This document shows, piece by piece, positions 13,202-25,860 of a stretch of DNA of 64,000 nucleotides. A program made the position numbers and the translations under genes. This stretch comes from the human T2T-CHM13v2.0 reference genome, Homo sapiens: NCBI RefSeq assembly GCF_009914755.1, contig NC_060925.1; one strand, written 5' to 3'. The notes beneath the pieces are model-generated. The model ran no database searches. It was not told the origin of the DNA and saw only the letters and a program-made list of their open reading frames with translations. The stretch's first letter is position 1; each line of letters opens with the position of its first letter.

Positions 13202-14084
13202 TGAGCAGTGTTTGTGGTGTTTTAGAAAAAAAAAATCCAAGCTGTGGTACATTTTTTTTTAATGAAGTTTTATAAAGCTGGGACAAATATATCAAAACTT
13301 CAAATAAATTTAATACATTGACACATAAATATAACACACGAATTTGGAGTTAAATAGCATCTTTTAGTTTCATTACTCCAGAAAGACACAGTATTGGGAT
13401 ACATCTGAAAATAAAAAATGACCCATTTCAAATGATGTTATTACAAAAATAAATCATATTATATACACTTTTTTATCATTAAAAATCATATCACAGATAA
13501 TTGAAGGCAATAGCATGTTAAGTGAAATTAGTTTCTTTATCATAGCATATACATATGATTTTTTTCACATATATGGCTGACTATGAGGTTCAAAAAATAC
13601 CTACTTAGCTACATAAACATTTTACGTTTTAAGCGCACATATTAAAAGTTCACATTACACTGTAACATCTAAAGAAACAACATTCACTCAGCCAGCAAGA
13701 CTCAAAGAACAAAGCACTAAAATGTGTTTTCATTTAAAAATCCTGTATCAAAAAGGACTTACTAGCTTCTCAAGATTTGTCTGTACTGTAATCAGATTGC
13801 AAATTACTTCTCTTAGATCGCTCTGGGAGCATCGCTCTATGCAGCAGATGCCCCTGTTCCCAGCTCCACTCCTCAGTGTCACAGCTTGTGTTAAACTATA
13901 ACATCCTTTTTGTCACTTAGCAAACTATTCTTCCTCACAAGCACAGAACTTGGGATTCCCAGGCCCCACTCCAAACTTGAGAAAAACATCTTAGAGTATG
14001 TTACACTTCCCTGCTAACCCTTCCTCATTTTCCAGCCCCCAAATACACATATGCGAAGAGGAAATGAAGAGACACCTGTCAGAT

Positions 14085-15108
14085 TGATATGGTTTGGATA
14101 CTTGACCCCTCCAAATCTCATGCTGAAGTTGGATCCACACTGTTGGAGGTGGGGCCTGCTGGGGTGTGTTTGGGTCATGAAGAGAGATCCCTCAGGAGTG
14201 TCTTGGTGTGATCCTTGCAGTGAGGAGTGAGTTTTTCTCTATTATTTCCTGCAAGAGCTAGTTGTTAAAAAGAGCATGATGCTTCCCTCCCCTCTCTCTT
14301 CCTTCCACTCTTGCCGTGTGATATCTGCACACGCCAGCCCTCCTTTTCCTTCTGTTATGAGTAGAAGCAGTTTGAAGCCCTCCCCAGAAGCAAATGCCAG
14401 CACCATGCTTTTTGTACAGCCTGCAGAACCGTGAGCAGGGACCTTGAACTAGAAATACCATTTGACCCAGCAATCCCATTACTGGGTGTACACCCAAAGG
14501 ATTATAAATCATGCTGCTATAAAGACACATGCATACGTATGTTTATTGCGGCACTATTCACAATAGCAAAGACTTGGAACCAACTCAAATGTCCAACAAT
14601 GATAGACTGGATTAAGAAAATGTGACACATATACACCATGGAATACTATGCAGCCATAGAAAACGAAGAGTTCACGTCCTTTGTAGGGACTTGGATGAAG
14701 CTGGAAACCATCATTCTCAGCAATCTATAGCAAAGACAAAGACCCAGACACCGCATGTCCTCACTCATAGGTGGGAACTGAACAATGAGAACACATGGAC
14801 ACAGGAAGGGGAACATCACACACCAGGGACTGTTGTGGGGTGGGGGGAGTGTGGAGGGATAACATTAGGAGGTATACCTAATGTAAGTGACGAGTTAATG
14901 GTTGCAGCACACCAACATGGCACATGTATACATAAGTAACTACCCTGCACGTTGTGCACATGTACCCTAAAACTTAAAGTATAATAAAAAATAAAAAAGT
15001 AAAATAAATAAAATAAAATAAAATAACAAAAAAACAAATAAACCTCTTTTCTTTATACTTTACCTAGCCTCAGATATTTCTTCATAACAACAGAGACAGA
15101 CTAAGACA
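14085..15108 (+). mobile_element. MSTB-like MaLR LTR split by an L1PA insertion
   Basis: TGATATGGTTTGGATACTTGACCCCTCCAAATCTCATG...CAGCCTGCAGAACCGTGAGC, resuming at ~15035 CAAATAAACCTCTTTTCTTTATA...GACTAAGACA. Confidence 0.9.
14438..15034 (+). mobile_element. L1PA (PA4-PA6-like) 3' end, 5'-truncated
   Basis: ORF2 C-terminus (LELEIPFDPAIPLLG...CPTMIDWIKKM), G-rich 3'UTR, AAAACTTAAAGTATAATAAA and A-rich tail. Confidence 0.96.
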
Positions 15109-15160
15109 CAGATTGTTGGGAGAATTCTACAATGACAGAAGTGCATGGGTCTCAGTGGGT

Positions 15161-15658
15161 TGTGGGAGGCACGGATATCAGCCTACCCAGTGTTCATTCT
15201 TTCCTCCCTCCTGCCTAAAGAGCCCTCCCTTTGTTTGGGGATACAACATGCTCAGTAAAGATTTACAATTTACAGGCTCCCTTGCAATTGGAGATGACTG
15301 ATTGCTGGCTAAGATTATGTACATAATGGCATTGAGTGGGGCTGCTGGGAAATCTCTTTTAAAGGGACAAGATTCAGCTCACATGTGGCCTTGCCCTTTT
15401 CCATTCCCTGCCGGAAACTCAGTGCAACACTGGAGGTGAATCAGAGGTGACAAGCATAAGCACACAATTTACATGTGGAGGACACGGAATGAAGACTAAA
15501 TTCCAAGGAGGGTCTTGGGGCCACCACACCAGTCCTGGGCAGCCTCCCTCTGGACCACTTGCCATGTGAAAAAAATAAATAAATAAATCCATCTTTTGTA
15601 CAAGGAATTTTTAAATTTGGTTTTCTATTACTTGTAGCTAAACGCAATCCCAACTACA
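15161..15658 (+). mobile_element. MLT1J/K-like MaLR LTR
   Basis: GCCTACCCAGTGTTCATTC...GGCTCCCTTGCA...; terminal TTTTCTATTACTTGTAGCTAAACGCAATCCCAACTACA. Confidence 0.7.
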
Positions 15659-15730
15659 GTGATTACGGTTTATCCTAGTTAACATTATAATACTTCAAGT
15701 GTTTATAGTATTCGAGTCACAGGAGCGTGA

Positions 15731-16237
<507 letters not shown>

Positions 16238-16663
16238 TAACCTGATTAGCACTTTAAGTGTTAATGGTTCATAAATTTCATGTACATTAATTAAATGTAT
16301 ACATATTAATTATATTGATTTAATTACAACTATATTATATATAGTTATATATACATTTAATTATATTAAAAAACATACATTAAAGTGGTTAACTATAAAA
16401 TAACAAAGTATGTGAAATGTGAACTATTCAAAATAAATATAGTTTAAATGAAAGAATGTCTGCTACATTTAAATGAAAGACTCTTCCAACTTAAAACACT
16501 GTGAAGCTGGTAATTCAATAAATGTTGCTTCAATGTGGAATTTTCAAAGGACATGAACAGCTATGCTGTTGATAAGCAGTACATGGTTACATGGTTTTGT
16601 AAAAACAAACTGCTCATGTAGAATCCATGAAACAGAAATCTCAACTGTGTATTCAATCTTATG

Positions 16664-16740
16664 ATAGATTAGATAGAGATAGATGGGTAGGTAGGTAGAT
16701 AGACTGGATAGACAGATAGATAGATGATAGATAGATAGAC

Positions 16741-16783
<43 letters not shown>

Positions 16784-16852
16784 CAGACAGATAGATGATA
16801 GACAAATAGACTGACTATCAGAGATAGGTAGATAGATAGTTAGATAGATACA
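16664..16852 (+). repeat. Compound (AGAT)n/(AGAC)n tetranucleotide STR
   Basis: Pure (AGAT)10 at 16741-16780 inside a ~190-bp degenerate array. Confidence 0.97.
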
Positions 16853-19800
16853 TAGGTAAAAATACACTGGTCATTGTGGTACAAACTCTGTAATGCAGAC
16901 TTCATGACTCTCAGTGAAGTGTCCCCAGGATCATTTCCCAGTTCTTTTCTTCCCACTTAGCCATCTCCAAACTCTATAGTCAGATCAACATACAGTTAGA
17001 AATAAAATACTACAGACATGAGCGTCATTCTTAGTTATCCCAGCCCCCAAGGAAGAGCAGAAAGGGGCTGACGCTCTGCTCCCACTTTGCACCCTGAGTA
17101 CAGAATGTCTGTGAAAGTAGATAAAAAATGGAAGATGTAGTATTTGTTTACATGCATTAATTAAGCTAAACTTATCATTTAGATTATATAAAATGCTAAA
17201 CTATTGCTTTACTTTGATAAACATGTATTTGCAGATGGCTTAAGGTTGCCAGAAATTTTGTAACTTATATGCTGTTGATTTGGCTCTTAGATTCACCTGG
17301 AATTCTCCATTTTCCTTGCAAAAATACTAACATGGGCCTAGTCACTTGATGCCCAGACCCATCTGATCTCATCTGTTTATATTTTCTACTCCTGATATTC
17401 ATTATACACTTTAATTAGACAATCAAAACCTGAATTAAAAGTAGGTGTATGAAGAAAATAGCAATATAAAGATAAGTCACAAACTTAGAAACTTAGTAAA
17501 GACAAGTGGCTTCTATTCTCCCCTATCACCCAAACCATCTGTGGAATTAGGTGTGGAACAAATAACTGTAAAATATGAATTAAAAATGTAAACGCATCGA
17601 AGAATTCTTAATTTGCTTTACAAGTGTTTATAATCTATCATTTAACATTAAACATTTTTAATGGAAATCTTTGGCATTGCATTATGAATATGGTTTATGC
17701 AAGAGAGACCAAGGGATATCCATCTGTGGGCATCTGTTCAAATAAAAAGCTTTGATCGTACATCAACAGATGGAGAAAAGAAGGTATACTGATAGATTTT
17801 AAGTTACAGAAAGATGCCAAGCATCTGGTCAGAACACTATTTTATCACCTCTAAACTGTGAATTTGGTGTAATTATACCAATCCTATAGAAGAGGAAAGG
17901 CTCAGAAATGGAAGTAACTTGGCCAAGATCATATTATTTAAGGAGGAGAGCTTAGATTCAAAGAAAATCTGCTCAAATCTAAAACTATTGTAAGTTGATA
18001 CTGAATTTCTTCCTCAGATGACAAAACTATGATATATTAATATTATTGAGAGCGGTTAGATTGGAAACAAACATTCACAAGTAGAAAACATATATTCCCT
18101 CAAGCAAACCACTGATTGATTTTAAATTTTATTTGCTATGAATCCAATAGAAAAAATAGCATTGCAGGATTAATATTTGTTGACAACAAAATTATAATGA
18201 TTTCTACTAAAGCAGAATACATTTACTTGGATCCTGGGTAATAAGATATTTACTAAATTTATGTAGTTGCTAAGTAACAGATGAAATGCAACCCACCTCA
18301 ATGATTCTAAGCAATGGATAAATGCCACCAGTTTTTAAATAGAATGTGTTCTGTATCATAGGATCCTCAGCCCTTGGTTCTTGAGTTGCACTATGATTGG
18401 AAACATTAACTTTTCAACTATGAAATTATCCTCCTTCCTCCAGCCTTCTTATTTGATACGACATTTTCTTTATCTTAGTCTCTTCTTCTTGTATGAAAAC
18501 TTAGAAATGTACACAGAAAAAAAAAGAAGGCTCCTTAGCTGATGGGAATTTTGGCTTAACCCAGGAAAAATTTTAAGACCAAATGACAAATAAAATATTT
18601 TATATAACTGATTTTATTTGTAGTTCAAAAATATATTTTAAAAGTTAGATTTTAAGACAGTCCTTTCTGTCTTCAAGCTGGGCATTTTTGTTTATTTCTG
18701 TTAAATTTATATTCTTAGTGTTTAAAAGATTCATACCATAAAATTCAGATAAATTTTTTAACGTTAGAAAGAGTCCAGCACTGTAATTAGCATAATGCCT
18801 TTTTAATTAAACAGTCCCTCCACCAAATTCTATGGCTATGTTGAAAGGTACTGCTTCCTTGAAAAATAAATATCACAAAGGTATGCCTCACCTTAGAAAA
18901 ACATTATTTTGAAAAACCACCACTTAAGGAAAAATGATAGTATATACACATATAGTCTGGTATAAGTCCAAAAAGCCTCTTACATATGCAGAAATCCGTA
19001 GCTCAGGACAAATCAACAGCAGCAAATATCTTTAATGTGTTACGAGCCTCGCAGACCTTAGTTAAACAGATGAGCAATTAATATATTTACAGTAAGGAAC
19101 AAAGACCTCTGCATTAGTAAAGAACCCAGCTGCTTTTAACTTGTATGTCTGGCTTTTAAAGATGCTTATTTGAGATAAGATTTAGTCTCTAATAAAATAC
19201 ATCTTTGCGTTGTTTCTTAATTTTATTTGAAAGAAAAATACTCCTATTTTCTCATGTTTAAATCTATGGCCTCATCCTAGGTTATGTTTTTTCTTTTTAT
19301 CTAGAGTAAACCATGTTTGTATTCTAGGAACACATTTTCATTTTTATAATAAAACAGAAAGGACTTAAAAGTTCAATTGCTTTAAAAAGTCACCTTAGCG
19401 TCTAGCTTTGCCGGACACGTCTAAAACCTGAAGAATGTCTATTTTACTGTTAGTCTCATTGTCTTGAATTTGCTTGTGCAGATTTTTTGAGGGTAGTTAA
19501 TTCCAGCCAGAAGGGGAGGATTTTTCACAGTGCCGAAGTTATTCTGCAATGGTAAATTATAAACACAGCTTATTCATTCCTTTGATCTTTTTGTCCATTC
19601 TATTCTCCCTGGCTAAAATGCTTCATGATTTATCTTAAAAAAAGGTTTTACAAAAAATGCTTATAACCGGTGTTCTATGAGTCTGTAGAGTTTCATTTTT
19701 AACTCTTGGAAGCCCTCATACATTATGGATATTTACATCAGGTCATATTTTCTGACCAAGATCTTAAGTTTCTTTGGGTGCAAATCTTCACATCCTCCAT

Positions 19801-19950
19801 GTGCTTTCTGTACAGTGCACAGTAGATAGTTGGTCAAAATATGCATAATTGCCATCATACACAGGGCAAAGAATTCGTTGTTCATGGAGCAGATTAATAT
19901 TCATGCATTGGAAAACTAAGTTCTACACCAAACTATTTCAAAGCAAGAAA

Positions 19951-20269
<319 letters not shown>

Positions 20270-21240
20270 ATGTCAAAGCAAGAAATATAATACTAATCCC
20301 AAGGAGCAAATTTGCTTCCAAAAATCTCTAGTAAGTCCCCAAGAAGGAATAACTTTACTGTATTTAAAATTGCCTTGTTTTTTTTTTTTTGCTTGAAAGA
20401 CAACTTGATTAAATTATTGTGAAACTACATATTTTCATTATGTATAACTGGTTTTAGAAACCTCATACCTAAAAATACCTAAGAAGCAGGCTTCTCTTAC
20501 ATAATATTTGGTTGAAACCAACATAGATCTGTTTAAGCAATGTAATGTTTATTGTCCCAATGCCTGAATAACAGATTTTATTTTTTATACTGCAGAAATT
20601 TAGAGAGGATTAGTTTTCCTTATCACTTTCTAGAGCTATCTAAAAGTATGAAATCTCTGAGTATTATGAAATATTCAGAGAATTGGGGAAATATTTACAT
20701 CACTTGAATATAACACGTAAAGTTCAAATTTTTGTTTGAAGGAACAAAAATCATTCTTTTTGTTATTCTTGGCTATTGTCAAGGTATTTTTGTTCCAAGG
20801 AAGAAGTTTCAGTAAAGATATACATGTCTGAAAAATTAACATGGGAGTATAGATTGTTAACAGAAAGAGACTAGATGAGTTACATTTATTCTCATAAAAG
20901 TTGTTTCATAAAATGTACTTTGTTATTCCCCAGGTCCTGATAACATATTACATAACATACTGTTAATCACAGTTCTAGCTTATGAGTCACATCATTTATT
21001 TTAATATTTCAGGTGCTCTAATTTTTTTCCTATAAATTAGCCTTTCCCCAAATCTTTTCATAGTGTATTATCTTGGTATTCTTTTTCTCACAACCAGTTA
21101 CAGACTTGAAGTCCCTGTGGGAGAAGAATCTAGGGAAAATTGTTATTTTTTTCTCTTTTCTATATCTTCATTTCTAGCATAAAAAAAAAAACAAACAAAA
21201 GCTCTCATCTTGAGAAAATATAAAATAATTTACATCTTTT

Positions 21241-23310
21241 TAGTGTCACCCAGGAATTCAGGCCCCTAATCAGGGTGCCTGCCTCTGGAAAGAAAACGCT
21301 GTTGAAAGTTAGAAGCCTGCATTCAGCTCTAGAGGGCGCGCAAGAGTCTCCACCTGACTTCACGTCCTCACCCCTCTGAGCCAGACACTGGCTGCTGATT
21401 TTGGCCAAAACCAAAGACAGCATTGGTGCTGGGGCATACACCTTTGGCATGGGTGAGGTATGAAAAAGATACTAAAAGCAATAACCCCCAGTTGGATGTC
21501 TCTTTTGAGATGTTCCTTTAAGGATCACTGCTTTGGGGATCCACCTCTTTCAGGTCGGCCTCTTTTGTAATCCTTCCTTCCTTCTTTGGATTGGTACTTT
21601 TGGATGCCTACTGTTTCTTTGCCTGTTGGGTCTGATACAGGATGCCTTCCTGCCTGACATAATACACACCATTCATCTGCTTAGGACACCAGTGGGAACT
21701 GGGGTGAGGGCCAGGGAGAGAAAACATGGAGCAGGAAGCAGAAGGTTGTCTCTAGTCCAGACAGTGGAAATTCCTCAGATTCACAGGTAGTCTACTCCAT
21801 TCCCTTAAGTAGATTTCATGAAAATTGGAGGCCAGAGCCCCAGACAGCAAAATGAGGTTAATTTTATCCTAGAGTTTCTCCTCTGTCCAATTCACTCAAA
21901 AACTTGAAGAGAAATCAGCCGGGTGATGAGGGCTAGACAGTCAGGATTCTAGCCTTCTGTCTTTAGAGACTCCACTTCAGAAAAAGAGGAAGACCAAGAA
22001 TTTGGGTCATTTACATATGAGTGACTAGAGAAAAGAGAAAAAGAGCCTCTGAGGAGTAGAGAAGGGCAGAGGCCTCAGGCTTGGTCTAGACACCCCCAGG
22101 GGAAGTAAAAGCAAAGCTGTAACATCAAATCCACCCATGATCCTATCCAGAGAGAGATTCAGTGTACAAAAAGAGCTGAGATACCACTGGATTCAATCTC
22201 AGAAAGAACAGGCAGAGATCTTTAAAGTCCCTTTTATCAGGGTTAACGTGGGTGATCTGAGTCCTAAATGACATTCTACCAGTTAGTAACTAGGTGATGT
22301 TTGCTGAGAGAGATGACACATTGGCACCCTCTCATTCATGCCATTCATAGGCAGTACCACCCTTAGACCTGGGCAAGTGGGGTCCTTACTCCCACTCTGG
22401 GGTGCCTTCCTCAAAATTTACCAAGATCCCTGTAGTGTGTAGGACAAGCTGGGGCCTGAAGTATTGTCATGGTGTGGTGCCACAGGCCTGGACCACTTGG
22501 CCCTGGTCCCCATTTATCCCTTTTGGGGCAGTCTCCAACTCTGTCCCATTAACGTACCCCATAACTAGGGTCAAGCAGATGACCCAAGGAGGAGCTGTAG
22601 TCCTCACAGCTTTCAGGTTATTCCAGGATCCTGTGGCCAGTACCCAGTTCAAGAAAGAGCTTGGTAAATAGATGACTCCCTCTGGCTGCTGCAGTATTTC
22701 TTCCAGAAGCTGGTTGAGATTATGCTGCCAAAATGGTGCTGACACACTAATTTGGATTGACTTTCACTCATGGAGAAAGCAGAAGACATTCAAGGCTATG
22801 GGCTACAAAGGAACCCACTTGGGCTTGAGCCATGTTTGTGAGACAGTTCATCGGCTTTCCCTCATCCATCACTGCCTCTGGTCTATCCCAAAGTAACAAG
22901 TAGCAACAGGCTTCCCTTACTCCAAGTTCCCCATGCCATGGGTGGCCCCAAGGGTTATCAACTCACTCCCTGTAGGCTTTACATCATACAGCAGGCAGTT
23001 CTCAAGTGGGCCTCTTGTTTTCAAGGGATTTTGAGACCACTGCTCCACATGAACAAAGGGCAGGCAATTCTGATCAACGTCCACTCTTGCCTCCAATGGA
23101 TATGATAATGTTATGGTATCTCTGATCATTTTTAAGGCATGTCAAGTGAGGAGCTGACAGTTCTGTGAAAATGGATCAACTCTGCTTTGCCCATGGGCCC
23201 CTCAGTTACCCTGTCGACTTGTGTTGGTGGGAAGACTACAGGGTCAACATGGTAGGATCCCGTGCTAGGAATACGGTGGTTGTGACCTTAAGCTTTCAAG
23301 GAAGATGAGG
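21241..23310 (+). mobile_element. Probable decayed Ty3/Gypsy-type internal region (gag, zinc knuckle, protease; MamGyp-int-like)
   Basis: GC-richer block. One + frame carries QERAW*IDDSLWLLQYFFQKLVE (22650-22718, gag major-homology-region-like), a degenerate CCHC knuckle (23103-23142) and MGPSVTLSTCVGGK (from 23193); a frameshifted MVGSRARNTVV (from 23249) resembles the LVDSGA protease motif. Manual motif recognition only. Confidence 0.4.
21326..21339 (+). promoter_or_regulatory. Candidate CTCF site
   Basis: GCTCTAGAGGGCGC matches 12/14 of the CCRSYAGRKGGCRS core; CpGs retained. Confidence 0.35.
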
Positions 23311-24461
23311 CAAAACCACATGTTTTCCTGTGCTTAGACTATGACATTCTGAGAGTAAATTTAACATGACAAGAAAACAAATCAACTTTCACATAATTCT
23401 GAATACCCTGCGTAAGACTTGCATCTGGAGTCATCATCAACAAAGCTCAGTAATAACCTTATAGTGTTATAAGTATCCATGCAACCAGCATTAAATAAAA
23501 TAAAGAACAGCAGGAAACTGCAAAAGCAAGAATGTCTGTATTATTTCAATACGAACAGGTTCTGAAGAGCCATGACATTTTGAATAATAACAATGTTGCT
23601 CCCTTTTTATTTTGATGGACACATGACATTAGCCAGGAAGGGTACACTTGACAATGAAGAACATGAAGAGATAGTTTCTAGACCGAACCAGGAAATGATA
23701 ATGCCTGAATATCACAGAGAATTCTCATGCATGGATCAGACAATAAATAAATACATAAATACCTCTTTGTTACTCATTATTCTAAATCCCAACCAAAATA
23801 GATAAGTTACTATACCTCACACGGTCCCACGAATTTTGTTTATGACAACAAAAGCCACACCAAAAAAAAAAAAAAAAATTGTGCAGGGTCTCACCCACAC
23901 CAGCAGCAGCCTTGTCAACATTCTGGGACTTGGCAGCCTGTTTGGCCCTGGCGGTGTCAGCACAGCAGGAACTCTGTCACTCACAAAGTGGAACTGATCT
24001 CACCTTGCAAGAAGCAGCAAGTTTGTCCCCATTTCACGGGGTGATGTCTCTTTGTAGGTGCCAACTGCACCACCAGCAGCTGAGGGGTGGCTTGGGTTAG
24101 GCGAGAGTGTATTTGGAGCAAGCACTTGAGGAAAGCGAGAGAATGTTTTAATGCTTAATCTCTATCACAATTCCCACTACTAGCACCAAAAATATACCAA
24201 AAGACCAGAGTACTAAGGATTGCAAGCAACCTCAAGACAAGTTCCAAGCCTTTCCCACTTTAAACCAGATTGTAACTGCTAAGCATTCTTTTTCTAGATA
24301 TTCTAGTCTCTACTGTTAGTAGGATTAATACAAACATTTATTCTACGCAGTGAGATGCTAAATGAATCCTTCTTGCCTGATACTCAGGAATTCTTACCAC
24401 GAAGAATCATTCACCAAAGCTTATGTTACACAAAATATAGTCTAAAGAAGTATTAAAAACT

Positions 24462-24783
24462 TCTTTCTTTGTTCTTTTGTTTTTTAGAGTCAGGGTCTCA
24501 CTATGTTGCCCAGGCTAGAGCCCAGTGGTGCGATCATGGCTTACTGCAGGCTCAACCTCCTGGGCTCCAGCGATCCTCCCACCTTAGCCTCCTGAGTAGC
24601 TGGAACCACAGGTATGCACCACCATGCCCCACTAATTATTTGCTATGTTTGTTTGTTTGTTTTTGTAGAGACAGTGTCTCACTATGTTGCTTAGACTGGT
24701 CTCAAACCCCCTGACCTCAAGTCATCCTCCTGAATTGGCCTCTCAAAGCACTGGGATTACTGGCTTGAGACACTGTGCCTGGC
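24462..24783 (-). mobile_element. AluJ
   Basis: CAGGGTCTCACTATGTTGCCCAGGCT...CCTGGGCTCCAGCGATCCTCCC. Confidence 0.92.
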
Positions 24784-24849
24784 TAAGTGCCCCATATTCT
24801 AAAGAGAGCTCCCTTAAATCTGCACTAAATATATTAAGAGCTTACTTAG

Positions 24850-25860
24850 GGAGGAAGAAACAAGCCATGTTAAATTTGGTATCCAAGCAATTTGAAAGAA
24901 AGCTGAGACATTGAGAGAAGGGGAGAAGTTACTACGACTTCTCAGAGAAGACACATTTTCTTACCCTCCAAATAGGAAAAGAAAGGAGAGGTGCTCTTGC
25001 TTCTCTCTCTGAAGCCAAGTAAGTGTGGTTTCAAGAAAATTCCGCATAAATTTTAAAGATGCCTTTCAGAAGGGTGTCCTGGTGTCTAACTTCTCTTTAT
25101 GGACATCACTCTTACTGATGTGGCACTGAAAAGAGACAGCAGAATAAGATGAGGAGGCAGTCTTGGAGCCATCTGTATCCCCACAAGCTGGTGGACAGAG
25201 ATGTAACAAGTGTATCAGGAGTGAAGGCTGACAGTAGAAATAGACAAGCTCCAGCCATCTTGCAGGTTTCCAAGAGGCGAAAGATGGAGAATGGGAAAGT
25301 ATTGGAATAAAAAGTCAAGTTAGAGTTGAATCTTTCACATCAAAGAAAAGTGCAATATGCCAGGGAGTGAGGAGCTTGAAGAACTTTGCATAGTACCCCA
25401 CAAATGAGCCAGCATTTGGATGTTTACTGCAGAGAAAGAATTGACAGTGGTTAGTAAGCCGGACAAGAAGCAACAGCACAGCCATCAAGGTGAGTACTCT
25501 GATAGGGCTGGGTTCAATAAAGCCTTGCTTGTCTCCTCCTCCTTTTCTCCTAACCCCAATACATTGGAGAAATGTGGGTGGAAGAGGGAGGACAAAGAGG
25601 AAGTTTCTTAGGAATAGAAAGCTTGACGAGGCCCATCTCCTCCAAATGGGAGGACATTAGAATCAAGTTTCAGAGCGCCATTTTCAACTGCACTCAATTT
25701 TGTTCATGGAGCTAAAAGCTTTCAAAGTCTTTCCAACATGTCATTCAGGGGCAGGAAAGAGATTCAAGAGAGTCTGATGGAAAGCAATCACTGGAGGGAA
25801 AAAATAAAAACACTCCATATTTATATCACTTGAATTTAGAGTGCTAAAGAAACTGATGAC
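24850..25860 (+). mobile_element. Possible ancient long LTR (LTR78/MamGypLTR-like)
   Basis: ~1 kb purine-rich block ending GGAGGGAAAAAATAAAAAC...CACTTGAATTTAGAGTG..., an ending resembling old LTRs; weak recall. Confidence 0.3.

Noticed and set aside
13840-13860. GCAGCAGATGCCCCT as a CTCF site
   Set aside because: Mismatches at key core G positions.
21205-23129. Minus-strand ORFs read as a processed pseudogene or endogenous bornavirus N (VGSFV motif)
   Set aside because: No recognisable parent protein, no poly(A)/TSD on that strand, and other bornavirus N motifs are not at the right spacing; the plus-strand Gypsy reading fits better, though unproven.
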